DNA from: a virus
Taxonomy: Duplodnaviria > Caudoviricetes
Length of the DNA: 64,000 nt
Virus record (IMG/VR): IMGVR_UViG_3300028886_000001
Strand: one strand, 5' to 3'
Within the stretch, counting starts at the first letter, position 1; the number at the start of each line of letters is the position of its first letter. The notes under the pieces were generated by a model that had not been told where the DNA came from, searched no databases, and was given only the letters and a program-made list of their open reading frames with translations. Both the position numbers and the translations under genes were made by a program. Shown here piece after piece: positions 29,989 to 40,425 of the stretch.

Positions 29989-30432
29989 ATGAGTGAAATA
30001 ATTATTGAAAGAACAAAATCAAATATCCCATGTATATGGGAATCAGGAGGTGCTTATACAAACACAGCAAACTGTGTTATGGTATGTAATATGTACGGTA
30101 ATCCTAAAAAACCAGTATATATAACAAAACATGGTCCAAGAGCATGTGGTGATCATGCTTTAATACCAATCAGAGAAAATGACTATACAATAAGTATGAC
30201 TAAAGATAGATATGGTATGAATGCTAGCATATATAAAATTATTAAAATCAATGATAATAATACATGTGAAGTAGAAAGAATAAATCAATACATAGAAGAT
30301 GAAGATAATGAAATAAGAGGTTGGACAGAAGAGTATGATCCTATGTTTGATAATGTTATTCAAGCAGGTAAAGAAAAAATGAATGATTATCATTGTAGAA
30401 ATCCATATTATATAATAGAGGGGGAAATATAA
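29989..30432 (+). CDS. hypothetical early protein
   Basis: early motif at 29940; GGAGGG RBS before ATG 29989; WESGGAYTNT. Confidence 0.75.
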   Translation: MSEIIIERTKSNIPCIWESGGAYTNTANCVMVCNMYGNPKKPVYITKHGPRACGDHALIPIRENDYTISMTKDRYGMNASIYKIIKINDNNTCEVERINQYIEDEDNEIRGWTEEYDPMFDNVIQAGKEKMNDYHCRNPYYIIEGEI

Positions 30433-31080
30433 ATGATTTATGTAACACTAGGTAGATTAAGAAAGAACGGGCATAATATAAAACTTATAGAAAACCCAAC
30501 TATAGAGGAACAATTAGTAGCAGTTAGTGCTAATGGCTATGCTATACAATATATAAACGAACCTTCTGAGGAAATACAATTAGCTGCTATAAATAATGAG
30601 GCAGATGCTATAAAGTATATAAAAGATCCTTCAGAAGAGATAAAAAGAAAAGCTGTTAGAAATAAATCTACATCTATAAAGTATATAAAGAATCCTTCTA
30701 AGGATATACAACTATTATCAATTAGACAAGATCCAAAAAATATACATTTTATAGAAAATCCATGTAAAGATGCTGTATTAGAAGCTTTAAAACATGGAGT
30801 AGGTATTAATAATATAGAGTCTACTTACATGACTAAAGTATATATAAAGAAATTCTTTAGTGTTCTTACTGAAGATGAGCTTTTTTATGTATTACAAGAA
30901 ATATTCTTATATAGAAATAAGAATGAAAAAATAAATGATGCAATAAAATGGGCTATGACATTCGGAGAAGAATATGATCTAAATATTTATAATAGGATAG
31001 TAGATAAATATGGAGAAGTGCAAGAAGGAGTAGATTATAAAATATATGGAAAAAGTTATGAGGAGGATGACGAATGTTAA
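30433..31080 (+). CDS. second DUF4116-like repeat protein
   Basis: about 5 repeats of the same 22-aa unit; unrelated C-terminus. Confidence 0.8.
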   Translation: MIYVTLGRLRKNGHNIKLIENPTIEEQLVAVSANGYAIQYINEPSEEIQLAAINNEADAIKYIKDPSEEIKRKAVRNKSTSIKYIKNPSKDIQLLSIRQDPKNIHFIENPCKDAVLEALKHGVGINNIESTYMTKVYIKKFFSVLTEDELFYVLQEIFLYRNKNEKINDAIKWAMTFGEEYDLNIYNRIVDKYGEVQEGVDYKIYGKSYEEDDEC

Positions 31081-31298
31081 TAGTATATATGATATTCTTT
31101 ACACTTAATGCTTTACTACTAATTTATACTATTGTAGGATCAATATGTATATATAAGGATAAGAATAAAGGAACAATACTTATTAGATTGGATAAAGGTA
31201 AAGTAGTTAGATGGTTAGGAAGAATAGCTAAAATAGATTTTGCAGCTATGATAATTCAGATTATATTATTAATCATTACTGGTGTAATGAATATATAA
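31074..31298 (+). CDS. small two-TM membrane protein
   Basis: two hydrophobic segments with a basic loop; GAGGAGG RBS. Confidence 0.7.
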   Translation: MLIVYMIFFTLNALLLIYTIVGSICIYKDKNKGTILIRLDKGKVVRWLGRIAKIDFAAMIIQIILLIITGVMNI

Positions 31299-31382
31299 AG
31301 AAAGCTTGAACAGCTTTCTTTTTTATTTTTTGGTGAACATTTTAGTATTATACTAAAATAATATATTATGGAGGGGTTACAT

Positions 31383-32153
31383 ATGATCTTAACAGGAAAA
31401 GAAATAGTAAAACAAGTAAAGGAAGGAAATATATTTATAGAAGGATTTGATGAAAATAAAGCTAATCCTAATAGCTATAATCTTACATTGAATAATAAAC
31501 TATTAGTATATACTTCTAATATATTAGACATGAAGCATCAAAATAATACTACAGAAATAACTATTCCAGAAGAAGGCTTAGTATTACAACCAGGCACATT
31601 ATATTTAGGAAAGACTAATGAAAGAACTTTTACAGATAAATATGTTCCTATGTTAGAAGGAAGATCTTCTATAGGTAGATTAGGAATATATATACATGTA
31701 ACAGCTGGATTTGGAGATATAGGATTTAATGGTAATTGGACATTAGAAATACAATGCGTACAACCAGTAAGAATATATCCTAATGTAGATATATGTCAAA
31801 TATACTATCATACTCCAGAAGGAGATACTTCTATACAATATGATGGAAAGTATCAAGGAGATACAGAAATAGGTTCTAGTAAATTATATGAAGATTTTAA
31901 TGAAGGACTTACAGCAGATGAGAAGTTAGATAAATTCTTTACTGCATGGTGTGATAATATACATGCTTCTAAATATAATGCTAAATCAGATGTAAGTGAT
32001 AAAATGCTTATGATATGTAGAGCTCATCGCAAAGCTGTAGAAGATACTGGTATAGATGATGATGATCTTACTATAAAGTGTATACATAAGTTTAAGAATG
32101 ATGAAGTTAAAGAAATAGCTTTATTATGGTTTAACCATATACTAATAAAATAA
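31383..32153 (+). CDS. dcd: dCTP deaminase with C-terminal extension
   Basis: MILTGKEI, NPNSYNL, EGRSSIGRLG, TAGFGDIGFNGNWTLEI and YDGKYQG motifs. Confidence 0.92.
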   Translation: MILTGKEIVKQVKEGNIFIEGFDENKANPNSYNLTLNNKLLVYTSNILDMKHQNNTTEITIPEEGLVLQPGTLYLGKTNERTFTDKYVPMLEGRSSIGRLGIYIHVTAGFGDIGFNGNWTLEIQCVQPVRIYPNVDICQIYYHTPEGDTSIQYDGKYQGDTEIGSSKLYEDFNEGLTADEKLDKFFTAWCDNIHASKYNAKSDVSDKMLMICRAHRKAVEDTGIDDDDLTIKCIHKFKNDEVKEIALLWFNHILIK

Positions 32154-32236
32154 TACATAGTATAGACCAGTAAAGGTCTATACTATTTTTAATTGTATAT
32201 TATTATATAGTAATAATATATACAGAGGAGGATAAA

Positions 32237-32794
32237 ATGAGATATAGGTATTCACAAATAAAGAAATTAAAAACGATAGAGATATTAGACACAGATACAC
32301 TAGTAAAGAGTATATCAATAGTAAAGGAGAATGATCCAGACGTTACAGATAATATATTATATTTAGTTCCTTATACTAAGATAGTAATAAAATCTAAATT
32401 TTCATCTAATAGTAATATAATACATTATATGATATTAGAAGCAGATAAGAAAGACGAAGTAACACTTTATCATTATACCTGGGATGGAATAAACCCATTA
32501 AAAGAAATACTAATAGTAAACTTCATAAGTGTAGATGATAAATTAAAGTATCGTATAATAATGAGTAAATTATCAGAAGATGCTGTAGGAGCTTTTATAA
32601 ATGTAGTGGTTAGTATTCTTATGTATTATTCTTATATAAGTAATAATAATATAAAGGATAGCAATATAAAAGAATACAATATGAATAATAAAGAGTATAT
32701 AGAAGTAAAAGGACATCTTAGACATTATAAGAATGGCACAGTTAGATGGATAAACCCATATAAGATTAAACGTAAAAATATAAGTAAGTCTTAA
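32237..32794 (+). CDS. hypothetical early protein
   Basis: early motif at 32191; C-terminal VKGHLRHYKNG..WINPY basic motif. Confidence 0.75.
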   Translation: MRYRYSQIKKLKTIEILDTDTLVKSISIVKENDPDVTDNILYLVPYTKIVIKSKFSSNSNIIHYMILEADKKDEVTLYHYTWDGINPLKEILIVNFISVDDKLKYRIIMSKLSEDAVGAFINVVVSILMYYSYISNNNIKDSNIKEYNMNNKEYIEVKGHLRHYKNGTVRWINPYKIKRKNISKS

Positions 32795-32828
32795 CAAATG
32801 TATATAGATATAAATAGGAGGTTTTATA

Positions 32829-33770
32829 ATGGAAACAATTAGATTGGGTGATCGTTTTTATAGATTTATAGATAATAAAGAAGATCAACTAGAATTACTA
32901 CGTGTAATTAAAATGAAGAATGAAAATAAATTTACATGTGTTAATATGGAAACAAATGAAACAGTATCTATTACTAGATCTGATTTGAGAGAAGGTAAAT
33001 ATACTAAATTAATACCTGATGGATTAATAGCTTTCTGTATTGTAGATTTACAACAAGGAACAGATGTAATAGTTATGAATTATCTAATGGATGACTTAGT
33101 TAGAAGAGATAGTCTTCCATATTCAGTATGTAGACAGAATGTATATGATCTATTTACTAATAATCTACCAAAGAAATCTAAAGAAGATATATATGTAGGT
33201 ATGAGTGTAAATAGAGATAATATACCAGATGGGACTCCATTTGAAATAATGCTAGCGTGTGAAAATATTAAAAGAACTGTAAATATAGATGTATATATAG
33301 ATGATACATTAGATGATATGCTTAGTCTTATAGATACTACTCCATTCGACCAAGTATTACAATCTAATAAACAACATGTATTACCATGTGCCAAAGGATA
33401 TTGTTCTTCATTAGAAGAACTATTAAAACAATGTAACTTTATGTATGACTTTTATAAGGGATATAATATAATACAAGTTCCTTTTAAAGTTCAAATAGCT
33501 AAAGATACTAAACAACTTATGCCAAGACAAAGATCATATTTAGAAAGTCAAACAGGTATTCCTATGTTACAGAATATGATTGCTGAGTACACTAAACTAT
33601 TTGATCCTGATGAGTTTAAAGATATTAAATATATGCTAATAGGAGACAAAGAAGAAAGAGTGTATGTATTAGTTTATGATGAAGGTAACTATTTAAGTGA
33701 GGCAGAGTTTGAAGCTAGAATGAATATGCGTGATTCACTAGCCGCAATAAACTACATTAACAACAAGTAA
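32829..33770 (+). CDS. hypothetical protein
   Basis: 313 aa; AGGAGG RBS; AACA-N6-TA at 32793. Confidence 0.8.
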   Translation: METIRLGDRFYRFIDNKEDQLELLRVIKMKNENKFTCVNMETNETVSITRSDLREGKYTKLIPDGLIAFCIVDLQQGTDVIVMNYLMDDLVRRDSLPYSVCRQNVYDLFTNNLPKKSKEDIYVGMSVNRDNIPDGTPFEIMLACENIKRTVNIDVYIDDTLDDMLSLIDTTPFDQVLQSNKQHVLPCAKGYCSSLEELLKQCNFMYDFYKGYNIIQVPFKVQIAKDTKQLMPRQRSYLESQTGIPMLQNMIAEYTKLFDPDEFKDIKYMLIGDKEERVYVLVYDEGNYLSEAEFEARMNMRDSLAAINYINNK

Positions 33771-33858
33771 ATACTATTTTAATTATATATTATATATTTG
33801 ATTAGTATTAATAATAATCAAAAAGTAATTACAAAAAAATATTAAGGAGGAAGAGATT

Positions 33859-34605
33859 ATGCAATATAATCCAAATAGCCGTTATGCAAAATTTGTTAAC
33901 GGTGGTGCAAAAAATGAAAAAGACCAAAGAAAGAAGGCAAGAATGGTAGTATCAGAAACTGCTAAATTTGATTCAACAATTGAATCACATCTTACTGATA
34001 TGAGTGAGATAAACAACTTAGTGAATGATTTACTAGGTAGTGTATTTAGTGACTTTGCTGGTTCTTATGTTAGCTTTAATCAAACTGGAGGAATCCAAAT
34101 TGAAGCTTACTTCGAAGACAGAAAAGAAACTAATGATGGAAGGATAAAATCACTTCAATCTGCTGCAGACTTAAATAAAGCTAAGAAAGAAAATTCTGCT
34201 ATGGCTGTAATCAATGCTGTAAATGCATTAAGAAGTGAAAATACTTATGTTCTTAATCAAGAAACTAAGGACATGCTAGAAGAACTTATTACAGTTCCTA
34301 ATGGTAATTATAACTGGAAACAATTAGCTACAGAATGCTTGGATAGAACTGGTTATGGACAAAGAGTATTAGTTAGAGTAATTGGTATCGATATTTTAAA
34401 AGTACTAAAGAAAATATATGGTGCTAAAAACAATGATGGTGCTAATTATGCTTATCAAATTAATCCAATCAATGCTATGCCAGGTAATGTACTATTATAT
34501 GTAGCTAGATTAAATGTAAAAGATGTTGAAGCATTATCAAGAAAATATGGTATGGCTCCTAATACTGGAAGTATTAGAATGGTTCCATACGTATCAAAAC
34601 AATAA
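33859..34605 (+). CDS. hypothetical early protein (monocistronic)
   Basis: early motif at 33781, strong RBS, own terminator. Confidence 0.8.
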   Translation: MQYNPNSRYAKFVNGGAKNEKDQRKKARMVVSETAKFDSTIESHLTDMSEINNLVNDLLGSVFSDFAGSYVSFNQTGGIQIEAYFEDRKETNDGRIKSLQSAADLNKAKKENSAMAVINAVNALRSENTYVLNQETKDMLEELITVPNGNYNWKQLATECLDRTGYGQRVLVRVIGIDILKVLKKIYGAKNNDGANYAYQINPINAMPGNVLLYVARLNVKDVEALSRKYGMAPNTGSIRMVPYVSKQ

Positions 34606-34616
34606 TCAAAATCATA

Positions 34617-34642
34617 AAGACGTAGTCATATGACTACGTCTT
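34617..34642 (+). terminator. intrinsic terminator
   Basis: AAGACGTAGTCA / TGACTACGTCTT plus T run. Confidence 0.85.
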
Positions 34643-34669
34643 ATTTTTTTATTTAGGAGGTACAATGAA

Positions 34670-35050
34670 ATGGCTTTTGAATATACAGTAAATCCAGAAT
34701 TGGATAGAATAGTAGAAGAGAAAGGTAATACTTATATATCTTTCAGAAAGATTACATGGGGTCCAGAAATAGATGAAGAAAAAGAAAAGTTAGATATAAG
34801 AAAGTATTATACTAATGCAGACGGGGAAGAAGTAGTTGGTAAAGGAGTGTCATTCTTAACTGATGAAGGTCCGCATGAATTAACTAAAATCTTATTAGAA
34901 GAAGGTTATGGACATAGTGATGATATAGCTGAAGCTATAAAGAATAGAGATGATTATAATGATATAGTAGAAGCTATAACAAATAATGATAATAAATCTG
35001 AAGGATACTTTGATCCTAATACATTTATAGGTGATGATATAGATGCTTAA
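34670..35050 (+). CDS. PC4/YdbC-like ssDNA-binding protein
   Basis: ITWG..KLDIRKY..GKGVSFLTDE pattern; acidic tail. Confidence 0.65.
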   Translation: MAFEYTVNPELDRIVEEKGNTYISFRKITWGPEIDEEKEKLDIRKYYTNADGEEVVGKGVSFLTDEGPHELTKILLEEGYGHSDDIAEAIKNRDDYNDIVEAITNNDNKSEGYFDPNTFIGDDIDA

Positions 35051-36107
35051 TCATTCTAAAAAAGTATCAGTATCTCAGATTATTAATTCATCTCTTACTA
35101 GATATAATGAACTTCACGCTATAGTAAATGAAGCTTTTGTAGGATCCTCAGCTACTCATTTAGATATTTATGTAGATATTAATTCTTTAACTAAGTCTTT
35201 ATATAATAGAGAGAATGAAGTATTTATAGAAGACTATGCTGTTGTAGCATCATGTCTTATAAATCTATGTGCTCATTATAGAGATTTCTTTAATAGAGCT
35301 CCTTATCATGTAGATACTACATTTTATCTAGTATATTGTAATAACTATTCTGATATGTATACTGGAATTATAAAGACTTATAATAAGACTATGGTTGATT
35401 ATATGAAGAATAAGACTATTATAAGAGATCTTATAATGAAGAATGTATTATTATTAGATACATTATGTCCATACTTACCAGATATACATTTCATATATGA
35501 TGATGAATATGAAACAGCTACTATTATGAATCATCTAATGGAAATAAATCAAAATGCTAGTATGGTTATAACCAAAGACATGTATACTTATCAATTAATA
35601 AATAATCCAGAGACTATTATACTTAGACCTAAGAAGTCTAATGGATTAGATAAATCTTATTATGTAAATAGTCTTAATGTATATCAAATATTAGCTGCTG
35701 AAAGAAACAATAAGATATTTGATACTGGTCTAAGCAGTGAATTACTTAGTGCTGTATATACATTATCTTCTTGTGTTACTAGAAATATATATTCAGTATA
35801 TAGTCTTAGACAAGCAGTATCTCTATTAGAGCAGTCTATTAAAGGAGGATTTATGCTTAATCAATATAATGCAGATCCTCATACATTATTCTATAGAGGA
35901 CTATTTGATATGAGAAGAGATTTAAAGATAAGTGATCATGATTTCATAAAAAGATTTGAAGTTATAGATGTACCTTATCAGACTAATATATATAATAACT
36001 ATACACATAATGAGATAAATATAACTAATCTTACAGACCCAGAAGCTGTACAAGCTATAAACAATAAGTATTTTAAAAAGGTTCCATTAGACTTAAATAG
36101 ACTATAA
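35043..36107 (+). CDS. divergent 5'-3' exonuclease / flap nuclease-like protein
   Basis: YVDINS, EYETAT and VITKDMYTYQL resemble degenerate FEN/T4 RNase H motifs. Confidence 0.45.
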   Translation: MLNHSKKVSVSQIINSSLTRYNELHAIVNEAFVGSSATHLDIYVDINSLTKSLYNRENEVFIEDYAVVASCLINLCAHYRDFFNRAPYHVDTTFYLVYCNNYSDMYTGIIKTYNKTMVDYMKNKTIIRDLIMKNVLLLDTLCPYLPDIHFIYDDEYETATIMNHLMEINQNASMVITKDMYTYQLINNPETIILRPKKSNGLDKSYYVNSLNVYQILAAERNNKIFDTGLSSELLSAVYTLSSCVTRNIYSVYSLRQAVSLLEQSIKGGFMLNQYNADPHTLFYRGLFDMRRDLKISDHDFIKRFEVIDVPYQTNIYNNYTHNEINITNLTDPEAVQAINNKYFKKVPLDLNRL

Positions 36108-36170
36108 TGGAAAACATAGTAGTAAGGACTAGTTTCCTTACTACTATTTTTATTTTTTTGAGGTGATAAG

Positions 36171-37340
36171 ATGACTATATATAAATATGATATATCTATG
36201 ACTTATATATACAATAATGCCCCTATTACTTTTAAAGCAGAAAACTTTCATAATTTATTAATAGATTATGATTATGATGATAAGAATATGCCAGTAATGT
36301 ATGCTACGGTTACAATAGATAAGAATGTGTTAGATGATATGGTAATAAACTCTACTAAGAAGTATGTAGTTCTTACAGTAAAGAAGTATGTAGGAGAATC
36401 TTCTACTGCTTTAAGAGACTATTATATACATGATGAGTTTATGTATTTCTTACCTAAGAGTATAAATGCAGATAGAAATGTAGATTATAATGCTACTAAT
36501 ACTAATGATGTAGTAAATAAAACAATCACTATGGGATTTATAAGTTTAAAGATTATGAATAATAATAAACAATTGATAAATGATATATTTGTAGATACTA
36601 ATGTAACAGGTATGATATGTAAGTATGCTAGTAATATGAATCTATTATTAGAACCACCTGCACATAATGAAAAGAAGAATAGGTTTATAATACCTCCATT
36701 ATCTTCCTTTACTGAATTTGTATCTTATATCAATAATAAGATAGGATTGTATAATACTAATTATAGATTGTTTTATGACTTTGATAAGACATATCTAATA
36801 TCTTCATCTGGTAATATAGTAAAGAGTAAATCTGATAAAGCTGATACTATAATACTAGGTATAAAAGATACTAATAAAGAAGAATCTAAAGTACAAGGTA
36901 TGGAATTAGTAAATGGTTCTTATAGTATAAATATAGATATGGATGATGTATCAGTATTTACTAATGAAGTAAATACATTACAATTTAATTCTCTTATTGG
37001 AATAAATAGTGATGGTAAGTTTAAGAAAGTAGATTTATCAGATGAAAGAATTGATAATAAAGAGAAGTTTAATATAGTAAGATATACTACAGATACATTA
37101 AATAACGTAGATATATCTAAAAGTAATATAGAAGGTAATACCGATAGTGTAAATATCGTTAAATCAGATTTAGATGGCTCTGTATTTACGATAAATAAGG
37201 AATATAAGATAATGAATTATTATAAATTAGATTATCTTACTGGTAATTATATGCTAAAAAGAAAAAGAGAAATATATACTTCATATGGAAATAAATTTAC
37301 TTTAAGTACTATGCTAAGTTTAAACAAAATAAAATCCTAG
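36171..37340 (+). CDS. probable baseplate hub / tail protein
   Basis: beta-rich 389 aa; late-type promoter at 36113. Confidence 0.45.
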   Translation: MTIYKYDISMTYIYNNAPITFKAENFHNLLIDYDYDDKNMPVMYATVTIDKNVLDDMVINSTKKYVVLTVKKYVGESSTALRDYYIHDEFMYFLPKSINADRNVDYNATNTNDVVNKTITMGFISLKIMNNNKQLINDIFVDTNVTGMICKYASNMNLLLEPPAHNEKKNRFIIPPLSSFTEFVSYINNKIGLYNTNYRLFYDFDKTYLISSSGNIVKSKSDKADTIILGIKDTNKEESKVQGMELVNGSYSINIDMDDVSVFTNEVNTLQFNSLIGINSDGKFKKVDLSDERIDNKEKFNIVRYTTDTLNNVDISKSNIEGNTDSVNIVKSDLDGSVFTINKEYKIMNYYKLDYLTGNYMLKRKREIYTSYGNKFTLSTMLSLNKIKS

Positions 37341-37361
37341 TAGAGAAATCTCTACTAGGAT
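37334..37361. terminator. bidirectional terminator between convergent genes
   Basis: ATCCTAGTAGAGA / TCTCTACTAGGAT. Confidence 0.85.
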
Positions 37362-37396
37362 ATTTATTGTGAAATATATTATTTATTACCATTCTG

Positions 37397-38644
37397 TTAT
37401 TGTGGTTGTTCGTTATTGTTAGGTAGATTTAGATTAGTGTTACCTTTAGCAGCTTGATCATCATCTTTATCGTTTGTACCAACATAATGTCTTACATGGT
37501 TCTTTATAACTTCCATGAATTTCTTTTCTGCTTCTTGTGCTACAGTTAATTTAGCAGCAAAATATTGTCCACCAATTTCAAAGTATACTTTTGCTCTTTC
37601 TTGTAGTGTATTATAAGTATTCTTATTTTGTTCTACATTAGCATCAGCATTATCTTTTGTATTTTGCTGATAATTAGCAGCTGTATTACCATTATTGACA
37701 GTAGCGTTGTTATTATTATTATTTTGGTTTTGCTGTTGTTGTTTAGCAGCATTAGCTTTGTCTTGTTGCTCTTGTTCTTTTTTACCTTCTTTAGCTGCTT
37801 GTTCCATAGCATTATTATTATCTACTGGTGGTTCATTATTTTTATCTTTATCATCGGCTTCTGTTATATATTGTTCAAATATAGCAGAATAATACTTTCT
37901 ATCTTCAAATATGGATAAAGCACTTTCATGTTGTTCTTGTTGCTGTTGTTTTAATTCATTATTATTATTCATAGAAGCTAGTTTACTATCAAACTTCTTT
38001 TGTGCTTCTTGGAATGCATTGATATCTCTTTGTATCTTATCTTTTAAACTACCATAGTTTATACAATAATTATACATATCAGTCATATTTACATTAGCAG
38101 CAACTTTACTAACTTCGTCTCCGCCACCTCTAAATGCAGCAGTAGCTAAATCAGTAATAGAATCAAAAGGACCTTTACCGAATTTAGTAAAATCTCTAAA
38201 TCTTTGTGTTATAAATGTATTCTTATCATCAAGAACACTCTTACCTTCTTCAGCATTAATATCTTGATCGGTTAATTGTGGGCAAGAGTTGTTAAGAAGT
38301 AATTGAATTCCTCCATTATAATAATCATATATAATGATATCGTCTGCTGGTTTCTTCTTAAGAATAATATCTTTATATCTTTCAAGATAAGCTTTATCGT
38401 TCTTAATAAGAGTATTCATAGCTTCTATAAATTTACCCCATAATTTACCTATGAAAGTAAGAAGTTTATGTATAACTTTCTTTACACTTTCACTAAATGA
38501 TTCTTGTATAAGTTCTATATTTTCTATAGTATCTGCTCCTTCACCAATAAGAACAGCTTCATTTATTATTCTTTCCATACGAACTTGCTGAGTTGTTCTC
38601 TCAGCAAGGAATGTTAAATATTCATATTGTTGTGAATAGTTCAT
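37397..38644 (-). CDS. internal head protein paralogue with Q/N-rich insert
   Basis: IQE|S followed by the family amphipathic helix; INEA, QHES and ITEA sites. Confidence 0.65.
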   Translation of the reverse strand: MNYSQQYEYLTFLAERTTQQVRMERIINEAVLIGEGADTIENIELIQESFSESVKKVIHKLLTFIGKLWGKFIEAMNTLIKNDKAYLERYKDIILKKKPADDIIIYDYYNGGIQLLLNNSCPQLTDQDINAEEGKSVLDDKNTFITQRFRDFTKFGKGPFDSITDLATAAFRGGGDEVSKVAANVNMTDMYNYCINYGSLKDKIQRDINAFQEAQKKFDSKLASMNNNNELKQQQQEQHESALSIFEDRKYYSAIFEQYITEADDKDKNNEPPVDNNNAMEQAAKEGKKEQEQQDKANAAKQQQQNQNNNNNNATVNNGNTAANYQQNTKDNADANVEQNKNTYNTLQERAKVYFEIGGQYFAAKLTVAQEAEKKFMEVIKNHVRHYVGTNDKDDDQAAKGNTNLNLPNNNEQPQ

Positions 38645-38656
38645 TAATTACACCTC

Positions 38657-40342
38657 CTAATTAAATTCTACACCAGATACAAATGTATCGGCATAAGAAT
38701 CTATAAATGAAGATACACTATCAGAATAGCTTTCTAATACATCAATATTATCTTCACTATTTATAGCAGCTTCTGTTTTAACTTTTAATTCAGATAAAGA
38801 TCTTTCTAATGCTCTCTTCATCATCTTCTTTTCTTTAGAATCAGGCATCTTGTTTACTTTCTTTAGAGTTCTTTCTAAATCATTCTTTAATCCATTAATA
38901 TCACTACCAGAACCTTTAACTGTTGAACCCACAGTAGAACTAATAGCCATTACCATTCCACCAATTAATATTGGTAAGAAAGATATTACTAATCCTAATA
39001 CTCCAGTAGCCATTACTAATCCACCAGATACCATTCCTATTAGTATAATTATATTACCTATAGTCTTTCTAATTATAGCTAATGGAGATTTTTTGATAAA
39101 TTGATTTACTTTTATAGCAGCTTCTGTTTGAGAATCTCTTACATCTACTCCAATAGCATTGCATATCTTAACAGCTAAAGCTTCAGAAGTTGATTCTTCT
39201 ATATAAGAGTAATCTGTTACATCAGAATACTTATCTATCATAGATTCTAACTTTAAGTCTTTAGTTACTTTACTTAATGCTGTATATAATATCTTCTTAT
39301 CTTGTTTAGTTCTATCTGTAATAGCATCTAATTTATAAGAGAAAGCCATAGAATGAATAGAAGACATCTTAACTACTTGGTCTGCTTTAGCTTTCATATA
39401 TAAATCTAATTTATTTAAAGTATCTTGAGATACTACTAATTCACCAGGAGCTGGAGTATATCCATCTCTTACAGTTATAGGTATAGCAGTTTTAGATAAA
39501 TCTCTATCTTTATTTCTAGATATCATCTTTTCTATATCTTTCTTTATTCTTTCATAGTCTTTTTCTATCTTGCTCTTTGTCTTCTTTACATCTTCTTCTA
39601 ACTTTTTATAAGTTTCAAGATTATGCAAAGAATCCATTACTATAGAATTTGTTACAGTAATAGTAGATTCTGTATTCTCTCCATCTCTATATACTCTAAA
39701 TAATTCATCAGCAAAGTCTTCTTCATCTATAGGATCTGTTTGTCCTATACAATCAGCTCTGAATTGGTCATACCATTCACCATTATCTAATGATTCTAAT
39801 AAATCATCATATGCTGAAGACACTTTATCTGTTATATCCTTATTCTTACCAGTAGTATCATTTAAACTACTTAAATCTAAACCAACAAAGCTTTGATTAA
39901 ATTCTGCTAAAGCATGTATAGCAGGTACGTTAGATACAAATGTATAATTATATCCGTCTATATCAAATTCATGATCTGAATTAAATTTATTAAGTTTATC
40001 TTTCTTCTTTAAGATATACTTCTCAGAACCTACAAACTTATGTAGTTGAGCAATAAATCTTTCAAATAAAGATTTAATCCATTTTAAGAATTTAACTATA
40101 ATATCTTTTACCTTTTCAAAGAAATCAGAAAATCCTTCGTTTACTATTTCAATATCATTTTCACTTTCTAATATACTTCTATATAAGATCTTATTAGCTT
40201 GGTTTAATTCTTCATGCATTTCTAATATGTGTTGCATAGCTAAAGATCTATATGATTTAGTCATAGATAATGTAGTATTAGTTATACTAGTATGATCCAT
40301 AACTGTTTCAGTTAATAGATTTTCCATATTAAATAATGACAT
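38657..40342 (-). CDS. internal head protein paralogue with C-terminal hydrophobic hairpin
   Basis: VNE|GFSDFFEKVKDIIVKFLKWI; LTET, ILES, KLES, IEES and VLES sites. Confidence 0.65.
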   Translation of the reverse strand: MSLFNMENLLTETVMDHTSITNTTLSMTKSYRSLAMQHILEMHEELNQANKILYRSILESENDIEIVNEGFSDFFEKVKDIIVKFLKWIKSLFERFIAQLHKFVGSEKYILKKKDKLNKFNSDHEFDIDGYNYTFVSNVPAIHALAEFNQSFVGLDLSSLNDTTGKNKDITDKVSSAYDDLLESLDNGEWYDQFRADCIGQTDPIDEEDFADELFRVYRDGENTESTITVTNSIVMDSLHNLETYKKLEEDVKKTKSKIEKDYERIKKDIEKMISRNKDRDLSKTAIPITVRDGYTPAPGELVVSQDTLNKLDLYMKAKADQVVKMSSIHSMAFSYKLDAITDRTKQDKKILYTALSKVTKDLKLESMIDKYSDVTDYSYIEESTSEALAVKICNAIGVDVRDSQTEAAIKVNQFIKKSPLAIIRKTIGNIIILIGMVSGGLVMATGVLGLVISFLPILIGGMVMAISSTVGSTVKGSGSDINGLKNDLERTLKKVNKMPDSKEKKMMKRALERSLSELKVKTEAAINSEDNIDVLESYSDSVSSFIDSYADTFVSGVEFN

Positions 40343-40425
40343 ATTTAATACCTCCTTTTAAATAAAAAATAGGAGATTACCTTAATGGTAATCTCCTTAA
40401 ACTACCGTTAAGTAGTTGAATTGTA

